Shown here: positions 38,475-51,990 of the stretch, in pieces
How the letters are laid out: each line of letters opens with the position of its first letter
Numbering within the stretch: the first letter of the stretch is position 1
Source of the DNA: Octopus sinensis
Lineage: Eukaryota
Direction: 5' to 3'
DNA length: 64,000 bases
Assembly: GCF_006345805.1 (NCBI RefSeq)
Contig: NC_042999.1
Span: forward strand, 117,614,001-117,678,000
The notes under the pieces: model-generated
Told to the model about the DNA's origin: nothing
Database searches by the model: none
What the model saw: the letters and a program-made list of their open reading frames with translations, nothing else
Program-made: the position numbers and the translations under genes

Positions 38475-38510
38475 CCTCTTCCTCTTCCTCTTCCTTCACT
38501 TCCTTCTCAT
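38012..38510. repeat. ~500-bp (TTC)n/(TTT)n polypyrimidine microsatellite
   Basis: Seen directly; source of the poly-F and poly-L ORFs. Confidence 0.97.
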
Positions 38511-40605
38511 CTTCCATTTTCTTTTTCTTTTTACCTTTTCCCTTTTTGTCAAATGTTTCTCTACTACATCATCGACTGACGTTTGTATCTTCCTCGATAA
38601 TTTAAAGTAGCATCGTAAGAGATTCTTCATTTCGAAATGGGTTACATTATGTCTTACAGAGCAACAATAAGTTCATTACAGAGTCAGATACCTATCATTA
38701 ATGCACTTGACATTGTTGTTTTGAATATACTTTGAACATATCTTTATAATATGCAGTATGAAATTGTATGTTCAATCGTTTTTGTTTCTCCTGTTGAATT
38801 TGTAACAGCTTTTATTTCCATTTGTTTGGATAAATGTCTTAGGGCTCTACTGTAGTAGCTCTCAAATAATTTATACACAATATGCAATATTTCGTGAATA
38901 ATACTAGACAGAAATCACATGATGTTCTGCGCTTCAGACACTCGTATATATTTATATATATGTATAAAAACATATTCATCTACACGCATATGTATGTAAA
39001 AGATGTAATGTCTACGTAGCTATCATTTGTTCATGAATGCACAGTTTAAATCTAAAGACGCCATCATTTCTATATTTCCTGTATAACGGAAAAATCTCTT
39101 TATATTGAATGATTCCTTTCAGCTATAAATTAGACTAACTTCCAACAAAATTATTCTTTCGACGCCAAATTACCTCCTACTCAAAATAGAATGCTTCTGT
39201 CTGAAACTATTACCACTTGTTCTCATATTTGGTCTTCAATTCATTAAGAGATGAAAGTCTCGAATTGATCACCTAATTCTTCCAGTCATCTACTGTAGAA
39301 TATCATATGTAGATAACGGTTTGCATCTATTGTCAAAATTAAATACAATTTCCAAGTTTAGCATAGGATGAGCTTACATACTAGGATGTAACTACTTTTA
39401 CTTGTACTTTACCTTACCAAGTATGCAAAAATGAAAAACCTAGACGATCTTCAGAAATAGAACTGAAATCATAAATACAGGTAAATGAAATACTGAAGAG
39501 CATTTGGTCCAGTATTTAGTTGTATCACCTGTGTCTTTTCCTCCTATCAGAAAAAGAATGCAATGGCAAGAATACAACATAACAACAGTTATTTATTAAA
39601 CGAACGAAACAATATCTAGAAGTATGTTAAAATTGTCACGAATAAGAGAAACATACAGTAATGGGAACTTTCTTGTTCAAATTTTATAAAATGCTCTGGA
39701 AAATAATGATATAAGGTATACTCATAAGTGTGTTGCCGCTAGAAGTAGCTTCATGTTCTTTTTTATCTGTGACCAGAAAATGAAAACCAGTTTTATTAGT
39801 TTCACCGTTTTTATCAGACATCAAACACCAGTTACTCATAGACAAAATGCATTAAGTAATACACGTTGCAAATGCTTTCACGGAGTTTTTATTAATCAAA
39901 ATATCAAAGAGTTGAGTCACAGAATTGTAATGGCGTCAGACAAAATACATCGTTTCTGTTTTGATTTCAAATCAAGCTGTTTCTTTCATTTCCACCCTTC
40001 CAATGCTGATAATATAAAATGCCAGTTACGTACGAGAGTTGGTATAATCCATTGTTCCCTCCCAACAAGTTTCTGGACTTGACCCTAACTAGAGATTATC
40101 CATTAATATATAAATATATAAATGAAAACAAATTTAATGTTGCTGCATATTTCATGTACGTTGAAAACCAAATTTGAAACCTGAATAATCTAAATTTCGA
40201 TCACTCTTAAGTCTTAACTTTCTCAACGTTCCCTGTGACATATTTCCATCTTGAGAAAGCTTTTCTAAAATATTATTTCCGTATATATCTCGCAAAAGCA
40301 AAGAACAGAGAATTTGCATATTATTTCTATTTCTCTCTCCTCTGAGCCCGTGCTTATCACCCGATCCAATAGCAGATGAGAAGCATATTGTACTTATTGA
40401 TTTTAGGTAATTTTCACTTTTAGTTGGATAGGATTTAATATCGCCAGAAACCAATATATCTCATACATGGTAACTCATATAGCTTAACTCATATATCAGA
40501 AACTTATATATCTTAAAATCCTGCCACTGGTAATAGTGGTAATATTTATTGCCTTTCAGTAACTACGTAAATATATGTAGCCTTTAAAATATTCAATCTA
40601 CTTAC

Positions 40606-40630
40606 CGTGGACACAACATAGTTCCAGCCG
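40606..40630 (-). CDS. Candidate 25-nt exon of an unidentified minus-strand gene
   Basis: Strong acceptor tttctttctttttttatctag and consensus donor gtaagt. All three frames are open (e.g. GWNYVVST). Confidence 0.45.
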
Positions 40631-40932
40631 CTAGATAAAAAAGAAAGAAACAATGATCACCAACCGGTTATTTGATTCTTAATAACTCAGTCTTTAGATT
40701 TCTTATTTCTACAATGCACGACTCAATACGATTGTATATTTATTTATCTAAATTTCTCAGTATAAAATGCAGTCGCTAATTTTCTGGCAACGAAACGAAA
40801 ACGTTTCTTTTCTGGAGTCATTTAAAATATTTAGAACTTTTATGAAGCAAAGATACCTGTTTGTTTTTAATGTGACAAAATGTTTAATAATTATGGGTTA
40901 GCAAATAGCTACTAAATATTATTATCTTATTC

Positions 40933-41134
40933 TTCTATTTGTTTCAGTCATTTGACTGCGGCCGTGCTGGAGCACCGTCTTTAGTTGAACAAATCAACCC
41001 CAGGACTTATTCTTTGTAAGCTTAGTACTTATTATATCGTTCTCTTTGGTCGAACTGGTAAGTTACGGGGACGTAAACACACCCACATCGGTTGTCAAGT
41101 GATGGTTGGGGGATAAACACAGACACATTGAACA

Positions 41135-41188
<54 letters not shown>

Positions 41189-41279
41189 GGGGAGAGTTCA
41201 CGAAAGAAACAAGGAGAGAAAAAATGTGTGTAGTGGCTACCGATCTATCATGAAAAAAAAACAGCACACACACCCACAC

Positions 41280-41362
<83 letters not shown>

Positions 41363-41579
41363 TATATATATTATATATATATTTATATATATATGTATGT
41401 ATGTATATACATATGCGACAGGCTTCTTTCAGTTACCTTCTACCAAATCCATTCACAATGCTTCGGTTGGGCCGAGGCTCTAGTAGAAAACACTTGCCCA
41501 AGGTCCCACGCAGCGGGACCGAACGTGGGACCATGTGGTTGGTAAGCAAGCTACTTACCGCACAACCACTTCTGCACCT
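40933..41579 (-). mobile_element. SINE (OR-like), full length with expanded internal microsatellite
   Basis: Head ...gtggttgtgcggtaagtagcttgcttaccaaccacatgg, CORE-like ccttgggcaagtg, and 3' body ...gctccagcacggccgcagtcaaatgactgaaac. Confidence 0.85.
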
Positions 41580-43249
41580 ATTGTTTACTTTGTTTGAATA
41601 ATACATTTGGGAGATGCTTGAAAGATACTTTTAGAAGTACATGTTTCTAAAGAAGAGAAATTAGCAAATTTTAGAAAGAAAATATCTTGTTATTTTGGAG
41701 GCTGTAAATTGTAGAATAGAGGAACTCTCATCGAAATTGAAATTTGTATATATAAGAAGGGAACATAAACTGAAAAAAGACAAACGCAAAAAGGAAAAGA
41801 ACGGAAATTAGATTAGAGAGAATACAACTCAGTGACGATATGCGTTAGTGTAGACATTTAACGACGCCAATGATTAATGTTTTAAAGAAACAAAATTGAT
41901 AATCAATTTGGCTCCAAAATGTTTAAATAATTTGCCAGTTCTTTGTTATCTGCATGCAGCAAATCAACAAGTATATAAGGCGATAAAGTTATTTGAAATA
42001 ATTCTGTGGCGACAGAAATAACCATAATACTAGCAACAATAATGCATTTATTTCTTTGTATTATTGAGACCAGCAGGAGATAGTTTGTAGGAGACCACTT
42101 CAATTACACTACCAAGCCTTTCTTCCTTTCGCAGATATGTTGGGGGATAGAATTAAATAAACCGTTATCATTATCTGTTGACCTTAGTTGATTTGCGGTG
42201 ATAATCTCCAACAATCCCACTCCTCCACAAGAGAGAAACATGATTCAATGTTTAAAATGAGTAATGGCACTTGTAAATGTATTTCTTGATTGACAAGAAC
42301 ATTGATTTACTATATTGATTACTAGCAAGATAACCTGCTTTGCTAGAGTTAGAATATGCAGAAGCCATTTATTTTTGTTAAAAACTTGAATATTTAAATT
42401 ACCTCTAGCAAACGTTCATGTAATATTGTTTCTATGTGATTATATTGTATAAATGTCTAAACTTGGTTTCATTTACGATTCTACAATGTGCGAAACATCT
42501 GAGACTGTATTTATTGGTAATGTTCATATTACGAGTTTAGATAATACCGATTATATATTTTACTTTAAATGTTTACATATAATCCTAAATTGCTTTGCTA
42601 CACATTAAATAAAAGCAATTTTAACATATATTTCAAATGCTCTGACCAAAGACGTCTCCTTCACAGTCACTCATGTATCAGAGATCTAGCTTCGATAGAA
42701 ACATAGAATTGATAAATCAGCCCCACGAAACCTGAGATACTGTCGATGAAACTTGCAAATGGCCATAGAAAAAGCATTACTAGAAATAGAAGCCGCTTCA
42801 ACTGAAATAGTGTATATGATAGCATGCCAAAAAAACATGAAATGAAAGCAAATTCTCCCTTAACGCATTCAATCATAATAGCAACATCATAAGTGCGTTC
42901 ACTTTTAGTTACTGATTGTAACGAGGGAAGCTGTAGACTGAAGAGAATTGAAAAAGCTTGTTATATACTTGACTGATGCGTTTAGGTTAACTGTAGAATT
43001 AATTGCCTTCTCACTTTGTCTAGTAGCTGATAGATGATGGTAGCAGCAATATCCTACAAAATATCACTTTTTCTAACAAGAATGGCATGTTAAGTAAGGT
43101 ACTTATAGTTTCTAAAATCCTGTCGGTGACTAAGATAAATACTCAAAAGTATATTTCTCGAGATGTACTGTTTGTTCTACTATTACTTGGTATTGTGATA
43201 TCTGGTAGATGGCCATTAGCACTTACCAGGAAATTAGTCTATTAAATAC

Positions 43250-43790
43250 ATTTCTAACGTTAGAAGAAATATGATATATTTCTAATAGTCTTCAAATATA
43301 AGAGAGCTTTAGAATGAATTGTAAGTTTTGATTCATATCAACAAACATTAAGATTATGACATCACTCATGATGTTAGCGTAACCTATGTGATATTGTAAT
43401 GTGTTATAGAGAAACACAAATGCAATCATTTTGATGTTACAGGCTCAGTACATATTCGTATGTACTGAGCAGTGTTCGTTACCTTATTCTAATTCTAAGT
43501 GTTTTTCTTTTACCATACATTTTAGATGTTGTGGTGAACTAAGTAATAGAAAATAAGCAAGATGTCTTCTTCAAGAAAGTGTTGTGTTAATTCTCCAAAT
43601 GAGTTTTGTTATGCTTGTGGAGAATACACATTACCTGAAAATAGGAAAAGACATCACTGATTTTGTTGAAAAAGCGTACATGGTATATTTTGCGGTCACG
43701 CTGGGAGACCAAGATAAATATTGGGCACCGCATAGTGTCTGCAAACAATGTGCAGAATATTTACGACAATGAACTAAAGGGACAAATATT
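43250..43790 (+). mobile_element. Chapaev3-like (CMC) DNA transposon 5' fragment
   Basis: From 43562: MSSSRKCCVNSPNEFCYACGEYTLPENRK, frameshift, ITDFVEKAYMVYFAVTLGDQDKYWAPHSVCKQCAEYLRQ*TKG. The zinc-finger pattern is recognised from memory. Confidence 0.7.
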
Positions 43791-43799
43791 CCAGGCCCC

Positions 43800-45260
43800 A
43801 GAAAAATTTTTTTTTATTGCCCAGTGTTATCAATGCTGCGTTTGAAAAACCGTATTGATGGTGTCTCCTGTATTTAATAAAACTATGCCCCAGCATTTTG
43901 CTGCTTTGTAGAACCATCCGGTTTTAATTTTAGGGTGATGCGCATTGTATTGTGAGCAGCTTACTCGTACTTCAATTTAATTCCTGATACTCTTAAAAAG
44001 TGGACAACGATGCGTATTGTTTTCCTTGAGGATATCTCCCTCATTTATTTTTGTTTTAAGCACATTCCTAATCTATGTACACCTTGGAGACTTTCTCTGA
44101 AATTTCTCTTTCTAATATCTTATCATCCTGCAACATCTCTACATGATTGTATCCTCTATATTCTTTCTAAATATTCCTAATGTTTAGACAAAAGAATCTA
44201 GATTTTTAAAATTTTTGATCTATAATTTGAGATGATCCGTATATAGCAAATCACTCATTTTCACCCTGGTTTTCGCAAAGTCATAGGTTCACCTGGATTT
44301 TTTCAGTATCATTGTTAAAGGAACTATAGAAATCGCAAAATGTAATGAAGTTTCTGGAATTTCGCATTCCCTAACGATTCACTTAGGCGTTTATGTTCAA
44401 CCTTCCATGCAAAAGAGTATTAATCTCCTCATTCACTCTGATTGCCCTCAGGCTCTCCAAAAGCCATCAGTTTGGTACTATCATTGACTAATCAGCAGTA
44501 AACTGACTGAATATCATGGTATCGATATACAACAAATCAGCACTCCAACCTGACTTCATTCTTCATCCTTTTCCTTCTGTAATAATATATTTTGTTTCCC
44601 TAGAAAGCTATATAGTTGGTCTGTTTTGGGACAAGTTAATAGTTCCCAGATTAAAGGTGAGCGTGTAATGGGCCTTCAATTACTGTCTTCTCCCTTTTCT
44701 TAGTCGTTCTGTATTATCAGTGTCTTTTATTTTGCCACTTATGTTATTTTCCTATTTTCTACATAACCAGTAAGAAACGATTGTACATAACAGGATACTT
44801 GTGATATTTAAAAAAAATGTCATTAAATAATATCGTATCCAGAAGCTTTCTAATTTGATATCTTTTAAAGCATCTTTTTCACTAACTCATCTGTAATATT
44901 TATACCCTCTCGTTTTGATCTATTTCTCATTTCACTTTTAAATTTCCGTAACCAGTCTGATTCCATATTATGTTCAACCTCTTTGCTCCGAATATCAAAC
45001 TAAATGTTTCTTTCTGCTTCAGCATTTGGCACATCATTCATCTGATGTTCATTCCCATTGTTCAGCTATTAATAAATTTTGCTTTCATGATTTCTGAAGA
45101 GCCTTTGCTACTCAAACTGGTCTATTCGATTTTTGTATTTTGTTTCTCTGGTTTTAATTGACATGTTTTTGTCTTATCTCAGTTTAAGCTACCAATAATC
45201 CTCTGCATAATGCACACTTTTTGAGCTTGTTTCCGTAACTTTTGCCCACCACATTCTTTT
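43800..45260 (-). pseudogene. Decayed R4/Dong-like LINE RT remnant
   Basis: Minus-strand traces VPNAEAER..SKEVEHNMESDWLRKFK..INITDELVKKML and RNVLKTKINEGDILK..AHHPK..LLNTGDTIN. Confidence 0.6.
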
Positions 45261-45269
45261 CAGTCATCC

Positions 45270-45349
45270 TCATCCTCATCATCATCATCATCATTATCAT
45301 CATCATCATCATCATCATCATCATCGTCATCATCATCATCATCATCATT
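45270..45349. repeat. (CAT)n microsatellite
   Basis: Seen directly. Confidence 0.95.
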
Positions 45350-45624
45350 AGATTGGGGGATTGCCAGAAGAGTTAGAATGCAAGTATTTATTCTGGTATT
45401 TTGCCATTGATGTCCATGTTTTATCTGTTAGATTTAGCCAAACTGTATTAAGCACGTTTACATTTGGAATAGGCTGTGTACATATGTTTTACTAGCCATT
45501 ACAAATCTCTTCTATACAATAAAAAAGGTCTTCCCTCACCCATCACAGCCATTAATAACTGCTAACATATACATTAATTTCTATTTATGAGAAAACAGCT
45601 ATCTCTCAATTAACATCTATCATT

Positions 45625-45664
45625 CATAATAATAATGATAATGATAATAATAATAATAATGATG

Positions 45665-45715
<51 letters not shown>

Positions 45716-45741
45716 TAATAATAATGATGATGATGATGATG

Positions 45742-45799
<58 letters not shown>

Positions 45800-45820
45800 T
45801 AATAATAATAATAACAATGA
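45625..45820. repeat. (AAT)n/(GAT)n microsatellite
   Basis: Seen directly. Confidence 0.95.
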
Positions 45821-46254
45821 CCAAGAAGTGGCTCTAATGGTTTCTGATCTTAACTCCTTGGAAATGTTATCATGTACATTGTTTTGTCTTCGTATAAATG
45901 ATGGGCTACAGCAGATATTCTGCTCAATACCACAGATATTCTTGTCAGTTGTTTGACCATGTCAGTTGTTTGAACATGTACTTTGGTGGCTGACAATATG
46001 TGCATCTCTAATCACGCGCAGAATTAGTGGATGTCATCATAGCCATGTGTTGAGACGAATTCTATGGAGTTTGAATAATTCACTGTGGAAGCATGGGCGT
46101 TTCGTTCAACATACTTAAACAACCCTTATTCATGGTCATGCTGTTTATCTTGATTATGAGATCACCATGTCGCGCAAATATGGCTGCGATGCATGTGCCT
46201 GGTGTACGCTTACCAGACAAGTAGTCACGATGGATATACTGAGCTTCATATATT

Positions 46255-46470
46255 TTACCCAAGTGTCACTCAGCTGTAGAAATGGGTGGCGACGTCACTA
46301 GTTCCAAGCTGCAACGGCATTTTCCTTTCCCTTGGATAACATCGGTAGCGTGGAGAGGGAAGGCTGGTATGCATGGGCGACTGCTGGTTTTCCATAAACA
46401 ACCTTGCCCGGACCTGTTCCTCGGAGGGTAACTTTTTAGGTGTAATCTCATAGTCATTCATGACTGAAGG
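46255..46470 (+). mobile_element. SINE 3' half
   Basis: cactcagctgtagaaatgggtggcgacgtcact matches 28086-28125 and continues with SINE-like body. Confidence 0.55.
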
Positions 46471-46559
46471 GGGTCACCCCTATATTCTTTATTTGTGAAT
46501 TAAAGCTGCCATTGGTTTCATGTTAAGAAGACTAAGAAAATATCCTAGTATCTTAACAA

Positions 46560-48420
46560 TTTTTCAAGCCGATTACATGGAGAAAGGTGTTCGCTTCTGT
46601 TTTGGAAAACATTCACATTTCTTTCACAGGATTTCTCGTAAGTTACCGTAAATGAAACAATGAATCAAGGGACGTTACTCTAGAAGGCATTTTTTACTCC
46701 CAGACTATCGTCCCTCTATAGAGGTTCTACCCCTCGATCTCCAAAAGCTTGCTTCACAAGGTACTTGAATTTAATAAAACACACATCACGATTATAAATA
46801 CTGATATAGACATAATTATTAACGCAACGAAATCATTACTCTTTTGTGAAAATTCCTACTGGGTAAAAAAGAGTGGAGACGAGCTGTTTGACGTAACGAT
46901 GGGAGCTATTACGGCGTAGAGATAGCTGACCTTATAGGCCTTTATATCCTAGATGTCCTTAAAAAAAGAAATAAAAGAAGGTAACATAGGTTTATACAGG
47001 TACGATTGCCTTGGGGTAGTACACAGTAAAAATAGAAATGATATGGAGATAATAAGGAAATAATTATGCAAAATACTTAGCCAACTTGGCCAAATAACCA
47101 CAATTAGTACAAGCCTTAAACAAGTGAACTACATAGACATTAACATGAATATAAACACAGAAAAATTTAAACCCTACCACAAAGAAAACGAGGAAGCCTC
47201 GTACATAGACATAGGTTCTAACCACCCACCTGTAATAATTAAACAAACAGTTAACAATATTAGCAGGCGACAAAGACACTTTTGAAAAAGGCGCCTACAC
47301 TACATTAAGCTGAATACAATTGTACCAAAAATACGCCGACAGAGGAAAATCTCATGGTTCAATCTACCTTATAGCATGAATGTAGCTAGCAACATAGCTA
47401 GGAAATTCTTTAAAATAATAGACAACCACTTCCCATATTCACACAAATACCACAAAATCTTCAACAGAAACACTGTTAAAAGTAGCTATAGTTGTCTCCC
47501 CAGTATAATACTTAATTACAATAAACATAAACACACCAGAAACACCCCAGAAAAACAGTGTAACTGCAGATCCCAAAACTGCTGCCATCTAAACAACAAC
47601 TGTCTCGAGAAAGAACTCGTATACACGGCCAAGATTACGGACCCCAAAGGAAAGACGAATACGTATATTGGAATGAAAGGGAAAGTCGTTCAAGAAAAGG
47701 TATACGCAACACATTGCGTCATTCAAAGACAAGAACAAGAAACATGCGACATCCATTTCAAATATAATATTGAAAATGAAAGAAGATGGAATAAGCAACC
47801 CCCAGGTAGAATGGAAAATTATTGCTAAAGCCAAAAATTACAGAGGATGGGGTACCAAATGTGAACTCTGTATTACTGACAAATTAAATATCATACAATC
47901 AACAGACAACATCTTAAACATTTGGGATGAAACCTTCTCTCCCTGTATACATAGGCAATATTTTACACTCAAATATTTTAAAGAAGACCCCCTATAAACG
48001 AGGTTAACTATAAACGAGAGCAACCCTACAAGGGTAGCTCCTTCATAATTGTGAACACACATAGCACACAAACTTTACACAACATTACACAACATCAATA
48101 TACAAGTACATAAACACCGTGCCCAAAACAACAAACACAAATAATGCAAAGAAATTAAGAACTTTACCGAAAAGACAAGGTAGACAAACTCCCAAAAATG
48201 CCTTCTAGAGTAAGGTCCATTGATTCATTGCTTGATTTACGCGAATTTACGAGGAATTCTGTGAACGAAACGAGACTGTTTATCAAAATAGAGGCGAACA
48301 CCTTTCTCCATATGATTGGATTGAAAAACTGTTATGATACTAGGATATTTTCCTACTCTCCTGAACATGAAACCAATGATAGCCTTAATTCAAAAATAAG
48401 GATATATAACCACCAACGCG
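46560..48420 (+). mobile_element. Decayed Penelope-like element (RT plus GIY-YIG to 47997, then terminal repeat); Naiad-like by inference
   Basis: KSLLFCENSYWVKKSGDELFDVTMG, GLYRYD, SNHPP, WFNLPYSMNVASNIARKFFKIIDNHFP..HKIFNRNTVKSSYSC, CNCR..CLEKELVY..TYIG, KCELCITDK..SPCIH. Confidence 0.85.
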
Positions 48421-48478
48421 GCTTTGAGCACTCATTTCATTTCATCGTTCTACATCTACATATATATATATATATGTG

Positions 48479-48532
<54 letters not shown>

Positions 48533-48569
48533 TGTGTGTATACATACATACATGCATACACACACACAC

Positions 48570-48920
48570 ACACATATATACCAGAAATGTACTCTGCGGG
48601 ACAAGCCGGTTGTAGTTCAGGTTTTCGCCGCTAGAAGACATGATGCTACCTCGGGCATTACTCCGCCGATTGGCGTTGTTCACCAGCTCATACTGCACGT
48701 GGTGCATCTTTGTTTTACATTGTTTCTCCCTTTTCGTCGATTTTTGCAATGGCTGAAACAAAAAGACAGCATCCTTCGGTGAATTTCTATTTTCTTCTGG
48801 GAAAAATGTCGGCCGAAGCAGTTGTCATGATTTATAAATTACAGACTAGTGAAATTAAATTATTCTAAGGCCGAAGTACTCCAGGGAATGACGAAGTGGC
48901 ACATAATCGGATTCGTTGGA
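48570..48920 (+). mobile_element. Mariner 5' fragment
   Basis: MAETKRQHPSVNFYFLLGKMSAEAVVMI resembles the mariner transposase N-terminus (KFCFLLGK.A.ET). Confidence 0.5.
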
Positions 48921-49340
48921 ATGTTTTTTTTCTAATGTTTAATTCGTGCATTTATTCACTTGATGAAAACGTTTATTTTTCGCATGATGTAATAACTCTG
49001 TTCATCAAAAAAAATCACGTCTGAAATAGGTGTAATGAGTGAACCATCTGTTGTTATTCGTTTATTATTCACCTTACTTGGAACCGGCAATTAGCGTGGA
49101 ACCGGAGTCTGTTGATTACAATACAATTGGTGCAGTATTTGTACCTAGGAGACCCGTGGTATATTCATACACTTGTAATAGTACATGCAACTGGAATATA
49201 AATACATCTTTACTTCTGTATGCAAGCATATGACCTCTCTAATCTTTTTGTACGCGAAAGCGATTTCATTGACCCGACTTTGGTGCTTTTCTATTCAAGG
49301 ACGTAATTCACTTGAATTCTAAACTGTTATATATGGGGCA

Positions 49341-49386
<46 letters not shown>

Positions 49387-49442
49387 TTATGTATATGTAC
49401 ATTATTCTACACACACACATACATACACGCACACAGACACAA

Positions 49443-49473
<31 letters not shown>

Positions 49474-50246
49474 ACACACTCCTATATATATATACATCTT
49501 TTAGGATATACAGTAATACGACCATTTAAGCATTAGATTGGCTTCCATCGTTCAAGCATAACGTATTGATTTCTAGCCTACGCACCAGGTCTCAGTTCTG
49601 GACAAGGAATAGATTTAGTTGCATAATAAATTACGAAATTGCCCTTGACAAAATTCGATCTCAGAAAACAATGTAGGCGGTGTTAATAGATACCTCATGA
49701 TAGTTTGCTTAACACTTTACCGAATCTGCTCTTCCACATTATTCATTGATTTAATGCATAGGCACAATGCCACAAAATTAGTCAGACGTCTATAGTCGAT
49801 ATATCGAACATTCTACTTAACTGCAAGTTTATTTTATCGATACCAAAAAATTATGATATAGTTGATCGCAGGATCGAACTCAGAATGTAAAAAGGTGAAA
49901 CTAAAGATGTTAAAGCCATTTTGTTCATTATTGGATTTTTTTTTACCAATCCACAAGTTTTCTGATTTAGTAGTCATGTGCGTTTAGTATATTACAAGTG
50001 TTAATGCAATAAATTAGTATACACATTGTGAATCAGTTGGATTATATACATATATACACACACAAGCACACGCACACACTTACACACACAAGCACACGCA
50101 CATATATACACACACAAGCACACACACACACGCACATACGCGCGCGCGTGTTAGTGGACTTACAATAAAATTCTTAGATTAACCCATTTCATTAACTTAC
50201 ATGTAAGGTTCGATGCAAAATTTCCTTATGATCATTAAATTTCACA

Positions 50247-51373
50247 TACTAGGGTCGCCTGAAGAGTTCATAGGCTGAATAAGATACTCTCATAGCATGT
50301 GACCATATGAGGTTTATTTTTCAACATAGTCCTCCTTGCGTTCACATATTTATTCCATCAGTGTTGCAACTCATAGTCAGATGCGACCAAACCAAATTAG
50401 AAGAATAGAGAGGTTGATCAAAGCCATTGTCACCCGTAGTAGCCATCGAAACCAAAGACTTGTGTACTGGAGCATTGTCCAGTAGCAAGTCCCTTTTCAG
50501 CAATTTTTCTGGGACTGTGATCTTGATATCCTTGCGTAACTGCAAGTTGGCACGACACTCTCCATTGGTGGTGTAACCATTTTGAAGATAGTTAATAAAC
50601 ACAATGCCTTTTGCATCTCCAAAAACTGAGGCCATTAACTTCTCCGCAGATGAAATGACCTTGGCCTTCTTAGGAGCTGGTGAGGAGGAGTGTTTCCACA
50701 GCATGAATTTTGTCTTCATATCTGACTAAAAGTAATGAAATCAATACTCTTCTTGGGTTAGGAAACGTTCGAGTAAACTAGCTGGATCTGTCTCAAACAA
50801 TGGTAGAGATTCCCGTGATGTGATCAGCCTAGTGCGATTTTGATCAAGTGTCAAATTTGTAGGAGACATCGAGCAGAAACCTTCGTTATGCCAAGTGCAT
50901 TGTACAGAATATTCTTAACCCTTTCATAGGATAATAATTGCATTGGCTATTTGATTTATAGACGATTTCATGCCATTCATCAGCATGTGGTGAGCACAAC
51001 CAACGTTTTCTTCCGTTGCTGGGCGTCCAGACATTGGGGCATCTTAAAGACTCTCGCTGGCCCTCCTAAATTCAGCCGCCCACTTTTACACTGTCGATAA
51101 AGCTGGAGTGTCATACCCTAATGTAGAACCATGCAAGCTGAACCTTTTTTCTGCAGGTAACTGATAATACCACGATGATAAATTTTATCCATTTCAAGAG
51201 AAGTAGCTAGGAGCTACTTCTGAAGTTTTAATTGAACAGCCAGATATCAGCTTACCTGGAAAGAAACAATTCAGTTATTAATAAGACAAGTTGAAATTAA
51301 TGCACGCAAGATTTCAGAACTTTAGCATCACTCCTTCATGATCAGCTTATGAACCATACAGCCTACCCGCATA
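50247..51373 (-). mobile_element. Mariner transposon, decayed
   Basis: TIRs gggtcgcctgaagagttcataggctga / tcagcttatgaaccatacagcctaccc. Transposase WKHSSSPAPKKAKV..LMASVFGDAKGIVFINYL..LLDNAPVH. Confidence 0.85.
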
Positions 51374-51990
51374 CGTTTGGCGTTTGGGTATGACATCTAG
51401 TTTATTATGTAGTTTTAAGGATTTTTTTTTGTTTTTCATTTCGTTATGTATATTACATTATGTTCTGGCTTTTATGTAGTTGGGTGTAATATTATTGTTG
51501 AGTAGATATTTGTCCTGTATCATTTATTTCATATGTATTTCTATTTTTGCCAGATTCCTTAATTTGCTTCATGTCGCGTGCAAGTTTAGATTGGAAAGCA
51601 TTAACGTGCTTTAATCATCGCTATTAAATCTCGGAGGCTGGCATCAAAGAATTCTAGAGCTGTAATTCTCAGAGAGCAGGGTTATATTTTGATGTCAAAA
51701 ATTTATAGCGTATATAGAATGAGCATATACACACGCATGCACGCACACATAAACATACACCCACACACATACATACATCAAAGGATAGAAAGAGGGGCAG
51801 TGGGAGGGGGAGAGAGAGTTAGAGTGACAATTACAAAGCGACAGGGATAAACAGCAGCAAAGAGAAAAACAGTATGAGCGAGTATGAAAAATCAATTTGT
51901 TTTACATACAAATGAATATTTCTAAACATATAATTCTACTCATATCATTCCTGACAAATGTTTCTTTTTTTCCTTTTTTCTTCTTTTTTC

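Noticed and set aside
48000-48420. Expected hammerhead in the terminal repeat of the PLE at 46560-48420
   Set aside because: Only partial strings (ctgtgaacgaaacg, ctgaacatgaaac) were seen, and no consistent fold could be built.
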